Shown here: positions 55,012-64,000 of the stretch, in pieces
Layout: each line of letters starts with the position of its first letter
Position numbering within the stretch: the first letter of the stretch is position 1
NCBI RefSeq assembly: GCF_009914755.1
Contig: NC_060929.1
Source: the human T2T-CHM13v2.0 reference genome, Homo sapiens
DNA: 64,000 bases
Strand: one strand, 5' to 3'
Made by a program: the position numbers and the translations under genes
Notes under the pieces: model-generated
Databases searched by the model: none
Told to the model about the DNA's origin: nothing
Seen by the model: only the letters and a program-made list of their open reading frames with translations

Positions 55012-56079
55012 CCTGTACCTAGTCGGCTTGGTTAATGTGGGACTTAATGAATATTAAATGAGAAAAGACTTATTGACATGGTGCAGTGTCAGAACCGCAG
55101 CACGCTATAAGAGCCAACAAGCAAAATTATCTCCAGGCAAAGATATAAATAATGTCCAAGTGTTTCCAGAATTCATTTCCAATTCTTCCTTACCAGAAAT
55201 TGGCAAAACAATTTGCCAAGTGGGACAAAGGAAACTGCCACTGTTCTACACAAACCAGATTCCTCCTCTGTTTTTCTCTCCTCGGGTTTCAGAATCCTTT
55301 TTTGTAATTATTTCTACATGTTGCCAGTGTTAAAAAAAAATGCAAAGAATTCAGAATCGTGTAAAGAAGGAAAACTCTCCTTTTCCTCTCAGCTCTCTTT
55401 TTTAACCTTCCAGAAGTAACCACTGTGAATTCTTGGTGTGTCCTCTCAGAAATGTGCTGTGTATTTACAAGCAGAAAAGAATTCTTAACACAAATAACCT
55501 CACATTCTACATAAAATATTTGAATTTGTGTGTGCATCTGTGTGCATTTGTGTGTGTTTACTTTAAATATACACTGGTCATTGTTTCATATGAGTTCCCA
55601 GAAATTGTCCTCATTGTTTTTCACTGGCTGCGCAGAGCTCCGTGGCATGGGAGCAGCAGCATTTTGTCTCAACTCGTCCTTGTTTATGGGTATTTAGTTG
55701 CCAGTTTTTGCCATTAAGGACATGACTTCCCATTTCCTTGTGTCCCGTGCTGGTTGTTTTCTTATTTATTTCCATGACTGTCTATATCAAGATGGTTACT
55801 TCTTTGTATCCGAGTTACAATTACTTGTTGCAGAGTTAATTGCTAATTGTACAGTATTTTCTGTCTCTGCAGTTGCAATAGCTCTAAGTTCCCTTTAAGG
55901 ATGAAGTCTTCAGCAGCAAAGTTACCAAGGAGACTTATGCCCATCGCCATGGCCCTAGATGCCTTCCGGTTGTTACAGATTTCCCAGGAATCGGGACACC
56001 ACGGGGCACAGGGTGTTCAGCTTCATCTCTCAGATCCCCTTAGGTTCTCCCAACTTGTCTTTCTTCATAGCAGAAGATT

Positions 56080-56260
56080 TTAGAATACAGTAAGACATGC
56101 TTAGATTTGGAAGTCAAACAGAAGTGGGATCAAATCAAATATTGGCTTTTCCTTTGGTGAATTCCCATGGGTGAGTCACTCACCTCCCCCCCACCCAGCC
56201 TCAGTTTCTTCACCTATAAAATAGGCCTAAATATAGCTCCTAACTCCAAGAGTGAAGGGT
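56080..56260 (+). mobile_element. MIR SINE
   Basis: gcctcagtttcttcacctataaaatagg. Confidence 0.65.
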
Positions 56261-56596
56261 TGTGGAGTACACATACACACATATTTATTTATTTATACAC
56301 ATCCACACACACGTAAAGGGTTTACTTACCCAGGTACCACACGTCCAGCAAGTTTTCTACATACACTGCTTTGTAGTCATGTTGGGGCAGCCCCGGTGAT
56401 TTTCATTAAGAAAATTAAGTTGAAGAGCTAAAAACAGATTCCTCCCTGGCCTGGCAAGTGTCATCTCTGCTGAAAACTAATTCATCTTTCTAACCTTTAT
56501 TGAGCTCATTCTACTGCAAATATTTATTAGCCTCCTACTTGGAGAGGCAGCAGTGTATACTGCTTAATCTTTGCATCCAAGCCAGAACCCCCACAG

Positions 56597-57797
<1,201 letters not shown>

Positions 57798-57799
57798 GA

Positions 57800-58290
57800 A
57801 TGTAGTGGGGAGAAAGAATACAGAGCCCCACTGTTTGGGTTTGAGCCCTAGCTCCACTCCTGATTAGCTCTGTGACTTTAGACAAGTTACTCAGTCTCCC
57901 TGTGCTGTACCTGTTTTCCCCCCATCTGCAAATTAGGGATAAAATCATTGAGCTCTTCTGAGGGTGAAATGAATGATCACATGTGAGGCACTTAGAACAG
58001 TACCCAGCGCAAGGTAAGCACCCAATAAATGTTTTCTTTAGCCAGAAAATACACTGAGATATTAACTGTATGTCTCTGTCTTCAAGGACTATATCTGTAT
58101 AAGCCTCCCCAACATTTATCCCAAGAAACAGTATTGTAGAGGAATGTGTTGGACCAGTTGTTATTATCCTTGAACCTCAATTTCTTCAACTTAAAAATGG
58201 AAATAATTAAACTGCTCTGGGCTTCTAAGAGAATTCAGTAACATAGCATAAATAAAAGCAACCGAATCAGGGTTCAATAAATGCTCATTG
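57800..58290 (+). mobile_element. Two MIR copies (about 57800-58035 and 58130-58290)
   Basis: tagctctgtgactttagacaagttact...cacttagaacagtacc...caataaatg; cctcaatttcttc...aaaatggaaataat. Confidence 0.7.
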
Positions 58291-59423
58291 AATGCCTCTT
58301 TTCCAAACCTAACCTCCCCTGTCTGCTGACATGGTTGGAGGTGACTGATTGGGTCATGGCCGCATGGAGCTCCCCTCTGCAGACATGCTGAGCAACAGGG
58401 CCCTGCATCACCTAATGATGGGTGCTTGGGGGAGGAGTGGCAAGAAAAGGGGGCATCTTCACCACAAAGTGCTTGGGGCACCTTTTTGCAACTCATCTGA
58501 GGGATATCCCCTCAGCCTCTGGAGCCCTGCTGGCAGTCTATTTAGCCATGAGGTTGGAGTAAACAAGATTGATCCCAGAGTAGCCCCCGAGGCACTATTC
58601 AGACCTATGTAGGACACCAATTAGGTAGCATCCCATCCCCTAGATGGGCAGGCCTTTATGTGAGTACATGCCCTGGTAAATTAATAGACCAGAAGAGCCT
58701 GTCCACAATGTCAGCAGCCATTTGTCCAGCGCAGTTTCACTGTAAAATGATGAGAGAGAGCAGATTTTGCCTTATAGCTACAAGGACTGTCTTGGCAAAA
58801 CTTTGGGATCACCTATGAGGCTACCTCATAGGATTTCAGGAAAAAAAAATGGCAATTTTAATGAAAAGTTCAAACTGATTTACAGGGCTTCCTAATAATG
58901 CCTGTTATTTCATGATTTCTAGGTTTTTAAATACTTTTCTAATGGACACTTTGACTTCCTACAGAAATGGCCTCAAAGAAAAAAAAGACTCCATGGTCTG
59001 GCTTCATTGGCTTTTAGGGAAGCAATTTCTCATCCTCAATCTTAAAATCCATCTGGGTTTCAAGAGGATTTTAATTCATGCATTGCTGATTCGCCTCTTT
59101 CTGACAAAAACGCTATTTTCTAAGAGAAATTTGCAAAAGCCCCAGAGTCCTTTTAGAGATTTTTTTTAAGTGCTTTGATGCTGTAGGAGTTGAAGGGCCA
59201 TTCTGTGCTCTGTGTGTATGATTTTTACCTTCCTCTTGGCAACACTTAAATGGAATTTAAATCCCAAATGTCACGAGCTTTGCACAGAGCTTAAACTAGT
59301 TAGGGAAAGCTTCTCTAAGCGAGCAAAACATGTGCATGCCCCTCATTAATGAAGAGATTTAATGGTGGGTTTGGCGGTACAATGGGATTGAACGGTGCCC
59401 TTTTCACCCCTGTTTGGCACTGT

Positions 59424-59470
59424 TCCTCGTCCTCCCAGGTGGCTGCTGACTCCTCGTCCTCCCAGGCTGC
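59424..59470. repeat. Short tandem duplication with a 27-bp period
   Basis: tcctcgtcctcccagg occurs at 59424 and 59451. Confidence 0.85.
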
Positions 59471-59729
59471 TTCATCCCCTACCAATTCCAGCACAAACCC
59501 AGCTGCATCACTAGCTTCCCCCCAAAATACTGTCACACCAAACATATTGATATTTTTGTTGTGATTTTTAACTCAAAACTTCACCCATCCCAGGGAAGAA
59601 TCACATTGCGTTTCACACAGCATTTGCACATTCACAAGTCCCCACTGGGCATGACCTTCCCAAATCTTCCCTGGACTCTTAGCTGTCAAGACACCTCTGC
59701 GTCTTTCTTCATCTTCCTGATGTCAAAGG

Positions 59730-59985
59730 CAATCTTGCAGAGTGGCCAAACCTCAGATTTTGGAGTCAAGAGTGTAGGTTCAAAATCCACTTTCTGACTA
59801 CATGTTCTTAAACTAATGACTTCACTTTTCTGCAGCTATTTCCTCATCTATAAAATGGAAATAATAATGGTGTCTCTATAGGGTTGTAGGGAAGATGAAA
59901 TGAGATTGGTCATGTAAGACCTTCACAACAGTCCTGTCTGTGCATACACTTAGAATGCAATTAGTAAATGAATAGATAAATGGAA
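59730..59985 (+). mobile_element. MIR SINE
   Basis: tttcctcatctataaaatggaaataataat...agggttgtagggaagatgaaatgaga. Confidence 0.8.
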
Positions 59986-60632
59986 CCACCCAACTTAGAG
60001 AGCAGCTCTGCTAAGCAGTGTAGCTAGAGAACGCCATTTAAAACATTTCTCTCCTGAGAGGAGCTCTAGTAAACACAACTTTCTCCATCCCATTTCATAT
60101 GGAGAACCAAGGCTGTGTGTGTATTGGGTGTCTTGGAAATGGATCAAATGGATCTAGCTTGGCTCATTTATCAACTCCTCCTCCCATCCTACTGCAATGT
60201 TAGGGTGCAGAGAGCAGCATCACCCATCTTGGCTTTTTCTGGGACCCCCAGAACAGGGTATTTAACCTAGCTCACAGTCAGTAGTCAGGCCTGAAAGACA
60301 ACCCCTGGGGAGGCAAACCTGATAAGTGGCTTTGGGATCCTTTGGGAAGAAAAGTGCTATTCAAATGCTACTTTAGATGTGAAGTCCATCCTCCAGGGCC
60401 AAGTTGGAGACTGAGAAAATCCATCACTTTGCAACAGCTGACCCTGATCAGAAAGAGACATGAGACTGCTATTGTGACCTTGGGACACAGAGTTGGAAAA
60501 CTGCCCACAGCTACTGATTTAAAAAAGACCCTGAAGGCAGAGGTCTGTTAATAACAATCTGCTCTCTGCTGTGTGAGGACACACACGGGGGCAAGAGGCC
60601 AGGATCTGCAATTAGACTCAAGATAGAATCCC

Positions 60633-60933
60633 AGCTAGGTGCAGTGGCTCATACCTGTAATCCCAGAAATTTGGGAGGTGGAGGAGGGAGGATTGCTTGA
60701 GCCCAGGAGTTCAAAACCAGCCTGGGCAACATTGTAAGACTCTATCTCTAAAAAAAAAAAAAAAAAATTGTTTTAAATTAATTAGACATGGTGGTGCATA
60801 CCTGTAGTCCTAGCTACTCGGAGGCTGAGGCAGAAGGATTGCTGAAGCCTAGGAGGTTGCAACTACAGTGAGCCGTGATCGTATCACTGCACTCCAGCCT
60901 GGGTGACAGTGAAACTCTGTCTCAAAACAAAAA
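60633..60933 (+). mobile_element. Alu (AluJ-like) inserted in a MIR (about 60590-61140)
   Basis: ggaggattgcttgagcccaggagttc; the MIR resumes with tcccagct...cttctcatct...aaagcactgagcacag. Confidence 0.92.
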
Positions 60934-61419
60934 GTGGTAGGCTCCCAGCTTGACATGGATTGACTGTGCAATCTGGAGCAACAATCTTAATCATTCTAAA
61001 CATCAGCCTTCTCATCTACCAAACAAAGGCTCCAAATCTTATTCTCCAATGTTATTGCAAAGATTAAACAATTGGCATATATAAAGCACTGAGCACAGAC
61101 TTAGCGCAAGGTAAATATTGAATAAGTAGTAGCTACTGTTAAAATTAGTTAAGAACATGACTCAGAAAATTATTCTGAAGACATAACTATGTATTTAACA
61201 TTTATTAAAATTCTCTTACACAAATGTAAAGCTGCAAGGACTCCCCTTGGGGAGAAAATGACACATTCCTTTGCCAATCTTATTTAATTGATTTGCCTGT
61301 CTATCTATTATACACTGGCATATGTGAGTTTGTGAACACAGCATGTATATGTATGTAAACATCCACATGTACAGAGTGCTCTGGGGCTTACACAGATGCA
61401 CAATTGTATATTAATACAA

Positions 61420-61690
61420 ATAGTAATGATAATAATCACTCATTACTTGTTTAAGTGCCAAACACTATCTTATATAATGTGCACACACATTTTTTCTATT
61501 CTACCAAAAATATAATGCAATATAAGTGCTTTTGTTCAGCGTCAGATGTCTGACTCAGTATCACAATTTTCTTTTTACAAATGAAGTAATTGAAACCAAG
61601 ATGGATACAAGAAGTGAGAGAAGTTACATTAATGTCAGAGCAAAGTTCAAACTCAAGCCTGAATTCATCTCTAAAGCACTGTTGCTATTC
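61420..61690 (-). mobile_element. Degraded MIR
   Basis: ttttacaaatgaagtaattga...gtcagagcaaagttcaaactcaag. Confidence 0.55.
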
Positions 61691-61714
61691 ACTCAATTTT
61701 CTGACTTGAACAGC

Positions 61715-61885
61715 TGAATGAATGAAAAATGGATGTATAAATGGGTAGATAGATGGATGGTTGGAGGAATGAATAGGAGGTAGATGGGTGGGTGAATGTA
61801 TAGGTGGATGATAGAGAATACATGGATGGGTAGATGAGTGAATAGGTGGGTGGATGGATGAATGGATGGATGGATGGATGGTTGG
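61715..61885. repeat. Degenerate (GATG)n simple repeat
   Basis: Directly visible. Confidence 0.93.
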
Positions 61886-62099
61886 GCAGAACAGCGGCTG
61901 AGACAGTGAACAGTTTTGAGTGATAAGGGTGATAAGTTCAGCTTTGAAAATGTTGACTCTGTGGTACTGGATAGAGTAATGATGGCTGTGTCCTAGAACC
62001 AAAGGAACATATGGACCTAGAAAGCAAAAACATGTTCTGGGCTGAAGGTATAGAATTTTAGCATTTAGTTCACCTCCCTGAGCCTGTTTGCCTTTCGAT

Positions 62100-62162
62100 G
62101 AAGAAGAAGAAGAAGGAGAAGGATAAGAAGAAGACAGAAGAAGAAGAGGAGGAGGAGGAGGA
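62100..62162. repeat. (GAA)n/(GGA)n purine-rich trinucleotide tract
   Basis: Directly visible. Confidence 0.92.
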
Positions 62163-62869
62163 ATACTTTCTTTGAAGAATTTTTGCAAATGTTACATTTC
62201 ACTTCACAGTAGGGTTTCTGGATTTCTCCCAGTTGACAGGGCTCAGATGATGAGATAAACAACTCACAAAAATCACTATGATGAGGCTTTCTTTTTTGTG
62301 CATGCAATGCCCTGTATTTGAGCATGATAAAAGTCATGTCCTGGAGCAGATGACCATGTGGAAAAGAGAGACAGCAAAGATGATGAGGGCGCAGGTTTAG
62401 TTGAATTTAGTTGGCCCATTGCATCATGGAAACTCCATATGGCTGAGTCCCACCATCCACAGATGGCAAGAACATCTGGACTCACTTTGGATCCAAATAG
62501 TCAGTCTCTTTTGGCACCTACTTGGCCTAAGATTGAGTCCAAATTTGTTTTGGAACTTGGGTTTCCCCTGAGATCTTAGGACTTCTCCATACAGGAAACC
62601 ATCTTGCTTTCATATTATATCATAATATTTTGATTTTGTTCAAGTGACTGAAGAGTAACTGAGTCAGAGCTTAATCAAACAGAAGAAATGGAGTACAAAC
62701 AAACCATGTTGTCAAATGCCTGAGGACATGAGGATTTCCTAGGAGGCAGAAAGCATAGAGTTCACCACAGAAATAAAATAAATAACCCTTGAGAAAGTCA
62801 ATGGGAAAGGAAACATTCTTTTATTGATAAGGGAAAAGTCCACAAATAGAAAAAGCCCCTGAAGAAAGG

Positions 62870-63045
62870 AGGTACTGCATAGTGAGAAAGAGATATGGCT
62901 TGACTTCTAAACAGCACAAGTTATTTCTAATTTCTAGTTCCTAACACTGACGCTGAGAGGCTCTGGGATCTTGAGCAAGGAACCAAGACCCTCTGACCTT
63001 CAATTGTCTCATCTGTGAAATGGGGATATCTATGTTACTGATATA
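62870..63045 (+). mobile_element. MIR fragment
   Basis: gatcttgagcaag...cctctgaccttcaattgtctcatctgtgaaatggggata. Confidence 0.65.
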
Positions 63046-63074
63046 GGACAGTATATCAGTATTTTGGGGGTTGA

Positions 63075-63560
63075 AATGATGGAAGCTCAGCTCAATGTGG
63101 CTTAATCAAAAGTGGGGGTGTACTGGGCCTTTAAACTCCTAACATGGCAAAGTCTACTGGATCCAAGGACTCAAGCATCATCACAACTCTCCTTCTTCCT
63201 CTAATGTATACTTCTCTGCACATCTTGTCTTTTTTGCTCTTAGAATTAACATTTTCTGAGAAACTGGAATGGTGAGGACTAGAGCCCTTAGACACTTCTC
63301 CCCATCTTCATTGACAGAGAGGAAAGGACTCTGCCCTCAGTTCCCTGGGAAGAAGTCTGACTATCTTAGTGTGGGTAATATGCCCATTTCCAGATCAACA
63401 CTCCCAGTCATGCCCTGGGGATTCAAAGTCTTAGAGGAAGGTCACAGCTCATCTTCTGACCACCTATTAGAGGCTGGTAGGATGAGGAAGTGAGATGTGA
63501 GTCTCTAGGATGGGCATATTGGTCCCAGAAGTGAAAGGCACTGAACAGATAAAATAATAA
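63075..63560 (-). mobile_element. Old MLT1-like LTR (low confidence)
   Basis: tggcttaatcaaaag...ctggatccaaggactcaa...gtaatatgcccatttc. Confidence 0.45.
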
Positions 63561-63829
63561 ATACCTAATATAGGTTCTTTCATCACAGGGATATTTAAAG
63601 AGTTAAATTTTATAGCAGATATAAATGTACTATATAAATGTCACTATGATTAGCATAATAGCATGTTATTAATATCTTGTAACTTAAAATATTAATAAAA
63701 TAATAGAAAATTACCAAAATGAGAGGTAGGTACATTTTTCACAAGAGGATGTAAAGGAATTATTATTACCAAGTAAGGGCCATAATCGACATTTGTTGAT
63801 ATTTCAAGAGGTTGCTGTCTTTCTCACCA

Positions 63830-64000
63830 TTTTATTATGATTTATAATAAAAATACATGTATTTTGATCTTTGTCCCCAGTTCCTGACACAGAGCTCCTA
63901 AAGCCTTTATAGTTTCCTGAGTGATGGAAGTGTCTGACAGAGCTCCTAAATGCCTTGGAACCTGTCCTGGGTCATAGGACCATAGTTTTTTCTAATGAGA
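63830..64000 (+). mobile_element. MER21-family LTR 5' part, running off the window end
   Basis: gatttataataaaaatac...tctttgtccccagttcctgacacagagctcctaaa...tttcctgagtgat, with a repeated acagagctcctaaa unit. Confidence 0.75.

Noticed and set aside
59315-59564. Overlapping ORFs with a repeated WEDEE or Ser-rich pattern
   Set aside because: The pattern is explained by the 27-bp DNA duplication; no recognisable protein family or exon structure.
61685-62337. Pro/Ser/His-rich 167-aa ORF and Leu-rich ORF
   Set aside because: These are translations of (GATG)n and (GAA/GGA)n simple repeats.
63870-63960. Repeated acagagctcctaaa as a local duplication event
   Set aside because: As recalled, MER21-family LTRs carry this internal repeat themselves, so it is probably inherited from the element.

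Overview
Primate, most likely human, non-coding genomic DNA (intronic or intergenic). It is dominated by interspersed repeats: about 20 Alu elements (J/S/Y-type plus one monomer), many MIR and L2 relics, old L1 (L1M) fragments, MaLR/ERVL/ERV1 LTRs, and DNA transposons (MER82, Tigger1, MADE1, MER5- and MER103-like). I recognise no protein-coding exon, tRNA, rRNA or snRNA, no CRISPR array and no prokaryotic system. The longer ORFs come from Alu, L1, Tigger1, LTR or simple-repeat sequence, and the rest match no protein I recognise. Repeat family names come from recalled consensus sequences, not from a search, so subfamily calls and the boundaries of old elements are approximate. The most interesting signals are mutational. 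There are several locally templated insertions and fold-back scars (an 81-bp copy from 2.2 kb away, a 121-bp copy inside Tigger1, and a 24-bp inverted copy flanked by an 8-bp duplication). There are also a fused inverted Alu pair, a probable Alu/Tigger1 co-deletion beside a (GGGGA)10 tract, a twin-primed L1, and a 7 x 50-bp VNTR inside an LTR whose interior units are CpG-rich. I found no evidence for a new gene system.
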